Positions 13,446 through 24,679 of a stretch of 64,000 nt of DNA are shown piece by piece. Position numbers and translations under genes: made by a program. Each line of letters begins with the position of its first letter. Positions within the stretch are counted from its first letter, which is position 1. Below the pieces are notes generated by a model. It searched no databases and was not told where the DNA came from. It saw nothing but the letters and a program-made list of their open reading frames with translations. The DNA comes from Heterodontus francisci (lineage: Eukaryota): assembly GCF_036365525.1 (NCBI RefSeq), contig NW_027140453.1, positions 1,488,001 through 1,552,000 of the forward strand, given 5' to 3'.

Positions 13446-15394
13446 GTGTGGTTTGATGTCACAGTGTTTTCTTTCTCCAAAGGGACAGCAGAGTGCGCTG
13501 TGGGACCATGATAAACATCAGAGTCTGGAACACACTTTAACAGTAACCTGGGAACATAAGGAGAACATTCATCACCTCGGAAACACTCCGTCCTTCAATG
13601 AGATCATGACTGATCAATAACTTCTTGTCGGTCCCTCTCTGCATTCCCTCCCTCTCTCTCTCTCTCTCCCTCCATCCCTCTCTCTCACTCCAGTTACCAA
13701 GCTGGTGTAAAATGAGAGAATGACAATTAACAACCCTGCCTTTTACAGGGGCAGTGACTGTCTCTCTCGCTCGCTATTTCTCTACCTCTCTGACTTTCCC
13801 TCTATCTCTCTATTTCTCTACCTTTCCATATATCTATCTGTCTACCTGACTGTCTCTCTATCTAGCTCGTTATTTCTCTACCTATATGACTTTTCCTCTA
13901 TCTCTCTATTTCTCGACCTCTCTCCATATCTATCTGTCTATCTGACTGTCGCTCTATCCAGCTCGCTATTTCTCTACCTATCTGACTTTCCCTCTATCTA
14001 CCTCTCTCTCTATATCTACCTGTCTACCTGACTGTCTCTCTATCCAGCTCGCTATTTCACAACCTATCTGACTTTCCCTCGATCTCTCTATTTCTCTACC
14101 TCTCTCTATATCTATCTGTCCACCTGACTGTCTCTCTATCTATCTATCTCTCTACCTGGTTATCTATCTCTCTGTCTCTCTATCTATCTAACTCTATCTT
14201 TAGGTGATTACAGTTTGTATGAACTAATTAAACATATTGCAGTAATGTAATGAATGCCCATCTTTTCATAGATTTTCTATATATTAACCAGTTGATGATC
14301 TGGTTTGTCATCAATTATCTATCAAAATCCTCTATGATCTTCAATATCTAGAATCACATCTTCCATTAACCTTCTCTGCTCTAAGGGGATAAACCCCCAG
14401 CTTCTACAGTCTCTCCACAGTAACTGAAGTCCCTCATCCCTGGTTCCAGTCTGGTTCATCTCCCTCTAACCTTCTTTACACAGAGGTGAACAACTCCCCA
14501 ATGTACAGGAACTAACCCAGCTCAGAACCCTTAGCCATCTGAGCACTGTTTCACACTGTAGAAAGGCGAGACCGCTCTCCAGATACCTTCATCTCTGGGA
14601 CACCTGCCTCCTGACAGCGAGTTCAGAAGCTGCTGAAAACTCTTTACCCACTTTCATCTCAGACTCGAGTCACATTTGATGTGTTCTTCAAAGAAACTAG
14701 CAGTTCAGACCAGTGAACTATTTCACACTTTAACTCCTATTCAGCAACGAGGTACGGGAGCAGAGCAGTTATGTTACTGGACTAGTAATCCAGACGCCTG
14801 GACTAATGATCCCCAGACATGAGTTCAGTTCTCAGCAGGGGCAGAAATGGAATTTAAATTCAATTAATTAAATAAAAATCTATCAGAGAAAGTATGAATA
14901 ATCCTGAACATGGAGTGTCGTAAAAACCCAACGTATTCATTGATAACCTTCAGGGAAGGAAATCTGCCGTCCTTACCCGGTCTGGCCTATATGTGACTGC
15001 AGACCCACAGCAATGTGGTTGACTGTTAACTGCCCTCTGATATGGCCCAGCAGGTATTCCCGAAGATGGTTCACCATCACCTTCTCAGGGGCAATAAGGG
15101 ATGGGCACACTCTCTGGGTATAGAGGGTAGTTTCCCTGAATTCTACTCTATCAAATCCCTTTCTGAAATGTGAACACCTCTATTCAATCTCCCCCTATCC
15201 TCCTGTGTTGTATCATTCTACAACATTGCTATACAATGTAATGGGGTGGAGCAGAGTGTGCAGTAAGTGACTGCCAATCACAATGACAACCGGATGCTGG
15301 GTATTTAATTGGATACAATATAGAAACCGCCTGCAAGTGTGTTGTTGAAAACTCCACACGTTCACACATCGAGTTAGTATCGAATGAAGAAATC

Positions 15395-16154
15395 ATGTTG
15401 CATGAAGTTCTCTGGCTAACCTTGATGACTGCACTCTTCCCACGTAAGTCAAAGTCAGAAACTGTGTAGAATGATGTATTGTAATGTCAGCGGTGATTCT
15501 GTCCAAAACACTGCTGTGTCAGAGTCTAACTCCAGAACACTTGAGCTCAAAGTCAAGGCTGACAAACCACATGTCAGGACTGAGGGAGTGCTGCACTGTC
15601 GCAGAGGCAGTACAGAGGGAATGCTGCACTATCGCAGAGGCTGTACTGAGAGAGTGCTGCACTGTCGCAGAGTCAGCACAGAGGGAGTGCTGCACTGTCG
15701 CAGAGGCAGTACTGAGGGAGTAACTACATTGGTTGCAAAGCCCTTTCTGAGGTCCTGAACGGCTCTTTATTAATGTAAGCCCTCTCTTTCTTGTAATGCA
15801 GCCTCTGTTCCAATCCATTATTGACTGAAATAATAATCTAATCGATGTTCCATTCCACAGGAATACTCTCCTCCTATGTGGAACAGTCGCCCTCTATCCT
15901 ATCGATTGCTGTAGGAGAGTCGACAACACTCAGATGCACGCTAAAGAATACTGGCTATCCAAGAATGTACTGGTACAGACAACAACCAGACAGGGCACTG
16001 GAAGTTCTGTTCAATTCTGCTGGAACAGGGTCTGTTACGAATTACACGTCCGAGTCATTTAAGGCAGTCAGAGCCAGCGATACACTGTTTACTTTGGCAC
16101 TGAGAGACGCCACTCCATCTCACACCGCTGTCTATTTCTGCGCTTGCAGTATCG
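15395..16154 (+). CDS. TRBV: Functional TRBV gene segment (leader 15395-15443, V exon 15861-16154)
   Basis: Leader MLHEVLWLTLMTALFP + GTAAGT donor; acceptor CCACAG; open V domain with C, WYRQ, YFCACSI. Confidence 0.93.
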
Positions 16155-16193
16155 CACAGTGTTTGAGAAAGCGGATCCGCAGCTGCAAAAACC
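16155..16193 (+). other. 23-RSS of TRBV 15395-16154
   Basis: CACAGTG + 23 bp + GCAAAAACC. Confidence 0.95.
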
Positions 16194-16211
16194 TGCAGCG
16201 GATGAACGGGA

Positions 16212-16570
16212 GTTCAGTGCTCATCTTCCCCCGGCAGGGGGCAGCAGTCGACTGAATTCGCAGTGCCCATCTTCCCCCGGCAGGGGGCAGCAGTCGACTG
16301 AATTCGCAGTGCTCATCTTCCCCCGGCAGGGAGCAGCAGTCGACTGAATTCGCAGTGCCCATCTTTCCCCGGCAGGGGGCAGCAGTAGATTGAATCTCTG
16401 TGCCCATCTTCCCCCGGCAGGGGGCAGCAGTCGACTGAATTCGCAGTGCTCATCTTCCCCCGGCAGGGAGCAGCAGAGAATGAATCTCAGTGCTCATTTG
16501 TCGCCAGCAGGTGGCAGCAGTAGATTGAATCTCAGTGCTCATTTGCCGCCAGCAGGTGGCAGCAGTAGAT
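16212..16570 (+). promoter_or_regulatory. Tandem array of 8 CTCF-like motifs (~45-46 bp period)
   Basis: Cores CCGGCAGGGGGCAGC / CCAGCAGGTGGCAGC at ~16231, 16277, 16323, 16369, 16414, 16460, 16504, 16549; most are preceded by a (G)CAGTGC element ~18 bp upstream. Confidence 0.7.
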
Positions 16571-17819
16571 TTGATCCTCCCTGATGGTTATGGGCCCAGT
16601 AATGAGCACAGACCAAACTGTAGAATAGATCAGCAGCCCAGTGTGAACCAGATATTGTTGCGCCTACTTCCCTCGGGCCAATGTTGCAGAAAATGTTTGC
16701 CAGGGCTCCCAGCTGACTATTTGTGAATCTGTTTTTCTTAATACGTTCATGGGATGTTGGCCTCGCTGGCTAGGCCAGCATTTATTGCCCATCCCTCATA
16801 GCCCTTGAACTGACTGACTTGCTAGGCCATTGCAGAGGGCTTTTAAGAGTCAACCACAATGTGTGGATCTGGAGTCACAAGTAGGCCAGACCAGGTGAAG
16901 GCGGCAGATTACCTTGCCTAATGGAAATCAGTGAACTCAATGGATTGTTGCAACAATGGTCACCATTAGACGAGCTTGTTTTTAAATTCCAGATTTATTA
17001 ATGACATTGAAACTTCATGGGGTCCTTGGACCTGGGCCAATAAGGAGAAGATACGAACGAGGTGAGCAGGCCTAAACCAACAGGAAAGAGACAGCACAGT
17101 TTTGAAGAGATAAGAAAGAGAATAAGTATGGAGAATCTCAGGCATAGAGCCAGCGAGAAACTCCAGAGACCAACCATCGTGGAAGTGGAAGACCCTGCGT
17201 GAGCAACGCGGTGACAACGTAAAAGAGAGAGAGATCGGAACGTCTGGCCAGCATCAGCTCTCCCCTTTCCGGGAATTATCGTTTGTTTTCTGTGACGAGG
17301 TCAGGGAAAGGTCAGAGGAACCTAGTGGGTGTGCTTATCAATTCTAGCTAACTTTGTTATTAACTGGATAACCCAGTTTGAGTTGCATGCTTTTGGCTAA
17401 CCAAGTGTATAAGCCTTATTCTTACATTGTACAACAATGTGAATAAAGTAAATTGACAGTTAAAGAAAGGACTGAGTTTACTCCTCTTTGTACTAAGCCA
17501 TTAAGTGTAGCCGGTGGCTCTCCTGTAACCCCAATATCCCAAACACCCAGCCTGAGTCTGAATTAAGAGGACTTAGTCTCACGTAATGGCCAGGATTAAG
17601 TGGGTGAAGGGAATAAAGGGGCCAAGGGGGAGTTGACTCCGCGCCATGGTTTACAATCCTGTTCCCATCTCTCTGCATCTCAGCTCATCAGCACCTCCTT
17701 CTATTCCTTACTCCCTCATGTCCTGATCTAATCTCCCCCTTAAATGCATCTCCATTATTGACCTTAACTTACTCGCTGTGGGACTGAAATTGTGCCCCCT
17801 GGTTGTAGACTTCACAACC

Positions 17820-19550
17820 ACAGAATCACAGAATTGTTCCAGTGCAGAAGGAGCTCATTCAGCCCATCGTGCCCGCACTGGCTCTCTGGAAAAGAAATTC
17901 CCTCAGTTCCATTCCCCTGCCTTCTCCCCATAACCCTGCACATCCTTCCTTTCCATATAACTGTCTAATTCCCTTTTGAATGCTTCAATTGAACCTGCCT
18001 CCACCATGTTCTCAGGCAGCACATTCCAGACTTTTACCACTCACTGCGTGAAAAAGCTTTTCCTCATGTCACTTATGCTTTAAATCTGTGCCCCTTCATT
18101 CTTGATCCTTTCAGGAGCGGGAATAGTTTCTTTCTATCTACTCTTCCAGACCCCTCATGAATTTGAATACCAACACCAAATCACCTCTCAGCCTTCTCTT
18201 CTCCAAGGAAAACAGTCCCAACCTGTCCCGCCACTTTTAATGACTTATACAAATATACACCTAGGTCTCTCTGCTCCTGCACCCCCTTTCGAATTGTGCC
18301 CTTTATTCTATATTGTTCATCAAACCAAAATGAATCACTTCACATTTCTCTGCATTGAACCTCATCTGCCACCTGTCTGCCCATTCCACCAACTTGTTTC
18401 TGTCCTTTTCAAGTTTGACATTATCCTCCTCACAGTTCACAATGCTTCCAAGTTTCGTATCATCGGCAAACTTTGAAACTGTGCCCTGTACACCAAGGTC
18501 TAGGTCATTAATATATCTCATGAAAAACAAGGGTCCTAACAATGATCCCTGGGGAACTCCACTGCAAACCTTCCTCCAGCCCGAAAAAGCATCCATTAAT
18601 CACTGCTCTTTGTTTTCTGTCACTAAACCAATTTCGTCGCCATGTTGCTATCGTCCCTTTTATTCCACGAGTTACAAGTTTTCTCACAAGTTTGTTGTGT
18701 GGCATTGTATCAAACGCCTTTTGAAAGTCCATGTACACCACATCCACAGCATTGCCCTCATCAACCCTCTCTGTTTCCTTTCCAAATAAATTCTAGCAGG
18801 TTAGTTCAACATGATTTTCCCTTATGGAATCCATGCTGTCTTTCATTAATTAACTCGTCCATGTGACTATTGATTTTGTCCTGAATTATTTTTTCCAGAA
18901 GTTTCCCCACCACCAAAGTTAAACTGACTGGCCTGTAGTTGCTGGGCTTATCTTTACCCCTTTTTTGAATAAGGGTGTAACGTTTAAAATTCTCCAGTCC
19001 TCTTGCACCAGCCCTGAGTCTAAGAAAGGCTGAAAATTAAGGCCAACGCCTTTGCGATTTCCACCCTCACTTCCCTCAGTATCCTTGGATGCATCTCATC
19101 TGGTGCTGGTGCTTTATCCACTTTATGTTCAGAAAGCCAATCTAATCCTTTCTCTTTACCCATTTTAAACACTCTAGTGTCTGAATTATCTCCCTTTTCA
19201 ACCAGAGCAAACTACTTAACTGCATCTACCCTGTCTATACCTTTAAGGACTTTGTAGGTTTCAATGATATCACCTCTCATTCTTTGAAACTCTGGAGAAT
19301 ACAGGCCCAGTTTCCCCAATCTCTCTTCATCGGACAGTCCCGCTATCCCGGGAACAAATCTGGTGAACCTTCTTTGCACTCGCTCTATGTGAATAATATC
19401 CTTCCGAAGGTCAGGGGACCAAAACTGCACACAGCACTCCAGGTGCGGTCTAACCATGGTTCTATACAATTGAAGAAAGACTTCATTACTCCTGTACTCA
19501 AATCCTCTTGCGATAAAGGCTAACATAACATTAACCTTCCCAATTGCTTG
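17820..19550 (-). mobile_element. CR1 LINE fragments (two abutting copies)
   Basis: GVPQGSLLGP, FADDTKL, YMDFQKAFD, RPHLECCVQFWSP in minus-strand ORFs. Confidence 0.9.
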
Positions 19551-20249
19551 CTGATGCTATATGTGAAGTCTCTACCTTCTGAAGCTCCTGCCAGGGGATA
19601 TCATTTTTCCCTAACTAGTCTATCGAACGGCTGTACCTCCAGGGTTAAAACATCCCATTAGCTTGCTCTGATCCAGGAAAACTGTCCCAACTTCTCCAGT
19701 CTCTCCACATAACAACCGTCTCTCAACCATGGCACCATTCTGGTAAATGTTACTTGAACCGTCCCAGGTTCAAGGATAACGATGGCATAGTTGCAATGTC
19801 ACTGCGATAATAAGCCAGAGGCCTAGGCTCATGCCCTGGTTACACGGCTTCAGGCACCGGCACACCCAGTGCAATTTAAACATGCCAAGGGCCCAGTAAT
19901 GTGCATAGCCCTGCTGTAGAATAGGTAAGGAGCCCAGTACCACACAGATGGTGTTGCACCGACTTGCCTCAGGCCAGTGCTGCTCACAACGTTTGCCAGG
20001 AGACACACGGCATCGACATCTGGCTATTCGGGGATGAAGGTGTGGATAAACTGAAATCCAGATGTCTATAAATTGGAAATCTACATGTGGCTAATGTGGG
20101 AATGCCGATGAGGTTTGTTGGGAATCTGGATATGTTCAATTGGAGATTTCTAATCAGTAAATTAGAAACTGAACAACATACATCCTTGTTGGTGATATTA
20201 ACAACACTTAATCCAGTCACTCAACCATAACAAGCAACCACGTCCATTC

Positions 20250-20285
20250 TGATTGGTTGGGTGTTGGAAGGGGCGTGTCCAACAC
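20250..20285 (+). promoter_or_regulatory. Candidate V promoter (inverted CCAAT + GGGGCGTG GC-box)
   Basis: GATTGGTT..GGGGCGTG recurs ahead of paralogous leaders (22155-22185, partly 12332-12385, related elements 23986-24003). Confidence 0.45.
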
Positions 20286-20410
20286 TGCATCACTTACTCA
20301 TGCTCTTCATATTTTCCTCAATGATTTGTAAAGAGCAGTTTTGGACCCTCACAAGGCTTACACTCCGGTTCTCGCTGCTTTGCTTATTTCTAAACAGCTT
20401 CAAGGGGAAG

Positions 20411-20864
20411 ATGTATCAGTCATTGGCTCTGATAATCCTTTTTCACTGTGAGTGAGTGTGAAATACCAACGTTTTCTCTAATAACCTTCCTGCAATCATT
20501 CCCTCTTCCTTTCATTTCCTAGAAATCCCCTGTTTACTGACCTCTTCCTCTTCCCCACTCTCTCCCAGGTGTGAACTCGCAGACTATCCTCCAGACTCCT
20601 GCCGCTGTCTCCAGAGTTGTGGGGGAGGAAGTGGAACTGAAGTGCACTGTGGAGGGGAGCAGTACCCTTACCTTGTTCTGGTACAGACAATACCCGAGGA
20701 AGGAGCCTCAGGTTATGTTTTACTCCATGGGTGCTAATCACAAAAATCCAGAGAAGGCGGTGGACGGTTTCACCGCCGAGAGACCAACTAGCACCCAGTT
20801 CAACCTGGAGTCCTCCAGCCTGCGGGAGAATCACTCGGCCGTGTATTTCTGTGCCTGGAGTCTT
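20411..20864 (+). CDS. TRBV: Functional TRBV30-like V gene segment (leader 20411-20447, V exon 20569-20864)
   Basis: Leader MYQSLALIILFH|C + GTGAGT; V exon VNSQTILQTP..KCTVEGSS..WYRQ..MFYS..RPTSTQFNLESS..YFCAWSL is open. Confidence 0.93.
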
Positions 20865-20903
20865 CACAGTGACTCAGAGAAATGGAGCAGTTCAACAAAA
20901 ACC
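20865..20903 (+). other. Consensus 23-RSS
   Basis: CACAGTG + 23 bp + ACAAAAACC. Confidence 0.96.
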
Positions 20904-22261
20904 CCAAAGGCAGCAGGAAACACCTGTTGGACATACAATTGCGCGGTATTTCCACTTGAATTGATGCAGGGCGATCATATTTTTGACAATAAGAAGAGAT
21001 GGGTGAGAATAAAATTGAGAGCACAGGTGCAGAGGCGAAGAGTCTGGCCTCTTTCTGTGCTGATAATTTTTCTATCTTTCTAGGAAAGATTAAGAAGGGT
21101 GGCACCACACTGAGAGGTTTTAACTATCAGGAGAGAATATCAGAAAAGCGATTGGGGTTTTATCCACTAAAACGGTGTCTTCTTTCACTCCAAATGATCA
21201 AACACACAACTCTCTTTGTTAGGAACAAAGGAAGAGGAGTAGGCCATTCAGCCCCTTTGTCCCGTTGCATAGAAACAGGAGGAGATCATTCAGCAAATCT
21301 CGTAAATCTGCTCTGCACCCTAATAAGGAGCCTCACATTCTCCCTTAAGTGTGGTGGCCAGAACTGGACGCAATACTCCAGCTGGAGCCTAACCAGAGCT
21401 TTACAACGGTTCACTGCTTCTGGACTCAATACCTCCATTTATGAAGATCAGGATGCCATCTGCTTTACTAACCACTCTCTCAACATGCCCTGCCACCTTC
21501 AAAGATCGATGCACATGCAGCCTCAGGTCCACTGTTCCTTGCAAACTCTTTCGAAATCTGCCTTTTGGTCTATATTGCCTTTGCCTATCCCTTCAGCCAA
21601 AATGCATCACAGCGAATTTCTCCAAGAAGAGGACCCTATAGGACCAGTAACACACAACTGCCTGGAAAACTGTTTATGAAGAATTCAGGAGGAGGTCTCT
21701 CAGTCTTTTAGAGCCTCTTACAAAGGAACATGAGGAGGCCAATTACTCCCCTGCCTCATTGCGCACAAACAGGAGGAGGCTATTGAGCAATGTAGAGCTT
21801 GTTAGCAGGAATTGGAGAAGGGTACTTAGTCCCCCTTGAGCCTATTAGTATGAACAGGAGTAAGCCATTCAGCCCCATTGAGCCTGTTGCACAGGAGCAA
21901 GAGGAGGCCGATTCAGTTCCCCCCTCAGTCTGCACAGGTACAGGAGGAGGCCCATTCAGCCCCTCGAATCAGTTAAATAGGAAATGGGTGAGGCCATTCA
22001 GCCCCATCGAGCCTGTTACATCTGAAGAGCCATCCACATGTGACAGTTTCGCTCAGGCTCTTGTATCCAATTGGGAAATCCAGATGTGGAGATCCGCGTT
22101 TCTGATTGACAAATACAAAAAGAGCAATTGCGAATTGACAACCATGCTAATTCCGATTGGTTGAATGAGAGAAGGGGGCGTGACCAAACGTCCCTCACTA
22201 CCTTGCTTTCCTCAATGGTTTGTAAAGATGACTTGATGAATAGGGAAAGGTCCAGTTAAAG

Positions 22262-22493
22262 ATGTATCTGTTACTGGGTCTGATGACCATCTCCCACCAT
22301 AAGGAACTTTATGAAAAATAATGCTGCTTAATAATTTTCTTTACTTTATAATTTCCTTCTCTCCTTGACGCTTTCATTCCTCCCTTCCATCCTTCTTCCT
22401 CGATAATCCAGAGTGTCCTGGCATCATTTTCGACCCATCTCTTTCCCAGATGTGAACTCACAGACTGTCCTCCAGAGTCCCACCACTACCTGT
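22262..22493 (+). pseudogene. TRBV: Internally deleted TRBV30-like relic
   Basis: Leader MYLLLGLMTISH with donor GT>AT; V exon start VNSQTVLQSP (22450) then jumps into sequence homologous to the post-RSS flank of its paralogues. Confidence 0.8.
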
Positions 22494-22849
22494 GGGAGAT
22501 AAAGTTGCGCTGTACACAGACTTGATTTTTGTGCAGGGCGATGGTGTTTGTGACAATAAGAAGGGACCCATGAGAATAAAAGTGAGAGAATAAATATAGA
22601 GGCACTGGTAAAGATGTCACTAATAGCCTGCTTCTGTTCCCTAAAACCTTCTGTCTTTCTATGAATGACTAACGGTGATGAACCCCAAATTGAGAAGATG
22701 TAAATATCAGGAAGGAATGATCACTAAAAGCATTTAGGTTTCATCTCCTGACACTATCTTCATTCTCCACAGGGACAGCAGAGAGCGCTCTTGGACCGTC
22801 AAACACACAACAGCCTGCTCCCTGCTTATTCAGGACACAACATGGGAAC

Positions 22850-23505
22850 ATAGGGGATAGGAGAAGGAGTAGGCCATTTGGCTCATCGAACCGACTCATG
22901 GCTGATCACCTACCTCTGAGTCATTTCCCCCCACTATCCCCATCTCCCTTGATGTCATTAGTATCTAGAAATCAATCGCTTTCTGTCTCGAACATGCTCA
23001 ATGTAGTCAGCATCGAAAGCTCTCTTGGGTAGAGAATTCCAAAGATTCACAACTATCTCAGTTAAAGAAATTCCTCCTCATCTCAGTCTTCAATGGCCTG
23101 CACCTTATTCGGAGACAGTGTATCCTGATTCCAGACTGAATACGCTATCCACATCCATCGTGTCACGTCTTGTCAGAATTTTGTAAGTTTCAATGCGATC
23201 ACCTCTTATTCTTTGGAACTCCAGAGAATACAGACCCAGTTTCTGTAATCGCTCTTCCTAAAACAAATCCACCCTGCCAGGGATTATTTTGGTGAATCTC
23301 TGCTGCATTCTCTCTTTGGCAAGTATATCCATCCTTCGATAAGGAGAGCAAAACTGTACACAATACGAGAGGTGCAGTCGCATCAAGGTTCTATACAATT
23401 GCAACAAGACATTTTTACACCTGTACTTAAATCCCATTGCAATGAAGGCCAGCATACCATTCGCCTTCGGAATTGCTTGCTGCACCTGCATATTAGCTGT
23501 TAGTG
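22850..23505 (-). mobile_element. CR1 LINE 3' fragment
   Basis: KANGMLAFIA..LQLYRTLMRLHLSYCVQF..QRFTKIIPG. Confidence 0.8.
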
Positions 23506-24122
23506 TTGTGAGTTCATAATGTTGTGTGTGATGCAACATAAATGAGAAGCGTGGAGTCCAGTTGGTTGAAGATCACAAACAAGTCTATTTACAGCTGAAC
23601 TATCATACACTGTACTGAGCTAACTATTTACAGGACCCGACTGTAGGTGTTCCAGTTACAGAGTGACACTGGCTACGAATCACGTGACTACGTGCTGGAA
23701 TTTATCTTATTAGCATCCTAAGATCTTAAAGGGACATGAGAGAGAGATGGAGAGACGGACAGAGCAAGACAGAGGGAGAGAGAAAGAGTAACACCAACGA
23801 ATACAGTAACAACTTGAGGAAAAAACACCAACAAATGCAGCAGCAACTTCAGCAGGCGACTAGCACCAAAAAATGCAACAACTTCAGCTGGAGACTACCA
23901 GCAACAAATGCAGCAACATCTTCAGCAGGAGACTAAGAGCAACAAACGCAACAACAACTTATACTTGCAGCCAAACAGAGAGACAGGGGTGTGGCTTCCA
24001 ATCAGGGAGGTAGGAGTTGTGAAAACCAAATCACTTACTTCAGTCTTCATGTAGTTCCTCACAGGACTCAAAGCTCTTGTTTCCACTGATTTACAGATTA
24101 CAACCACAGCTTCCAGTAGAAG

Positions 24123-24159
24123 ATGTATCTGTTACTGAATCTGATAGTATTATTTCAAT
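24123..24159 (+). pseudogene. TRBV: Orphan TRBV leader exon (no V exon follows)
   Basis: MYLLLNLIVLFQ + GTGAGG donor; same 37-nt length and phase as the leaders at 12518, 20411 and 22262. Confidence 0.7.
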
Positions 24160-24215
24160 GTGAGGGATCTTTTTCCCACGGAACTGTTTGTGTTGACAAT
24201 CAACATTTATCTTTT

Positions 24216-24525
24216 CGCAGTACCCGTTTCCCACAATTAGGGGGAGCAGTTGCTGGAGGTGCAGCTGTCATTGCCCACCAACAGGAGGCAGCAGTAGATG
24301 GAGGTTCAGCTCGCATTGCCCACCAACAGTGGGCAGTAGTAGATGGAGGTTCAGCTCGCATTGCCCACCAAAAGTGGGCAGCAGTCGCTGGAGGTGCAGC
24401 TCTCTTTGTCTACCAACAGAGGGCAGCAGTGGACGGAGGTGCAGCTCTCTGCCCACCAACAGGGAGCAGCAGTGGATGGAGGTGCAGCTGTCATTGCCCA
24501 CCAACAGGGGGCAGCAGTAGATGGG
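24216..24525 (+). promoter_or_regulatory. Second tandem array of 7 CTCF-like motifs (45-bp period)
   Basis: Cores CCAACAG(G/A/T)GGGCAGC preceded by TGCAGC/TTCAGC ~18 bp upstream; linker sequence differs from the first array. Confidence 0.65.
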
Positions 24526-24679
24526 TTTTCAGCAACAAGAACATGAAATGTTAGAAATCCTCAGTGCATCAGGCAGGATCTGCAGAGAGTAAAACAGAGC
24601 TATCGCTTCACATCAGAACCGGCAAACATGAGAAGCGTTTTGAGCAACTTAAATGGATGCTTGAGCGTGAAGAAATGCA

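Noticed and set aside
13460-13500. GGGACAG as a possible TRBD (also 22771)
   Set aside because: No correctly placed flanking heptamer/nonamer pairs.
16212-16570. CRISPR-like regular repeats
   Set aside because: No unique spacers, no cas genes, vertebrate context; this is a simple tandem array.
17015-17575. Possible solo LTR
   Set aside because: AATAAA and TG..CA-like ends are present, but no target-site duplication or second copy could be established.
24123-24554. 143-aa ORF with a signal-peptide-like start
   Set aside because: Unspliced read-through from a V leader into a 45-bp (multiple of 3) repeat.
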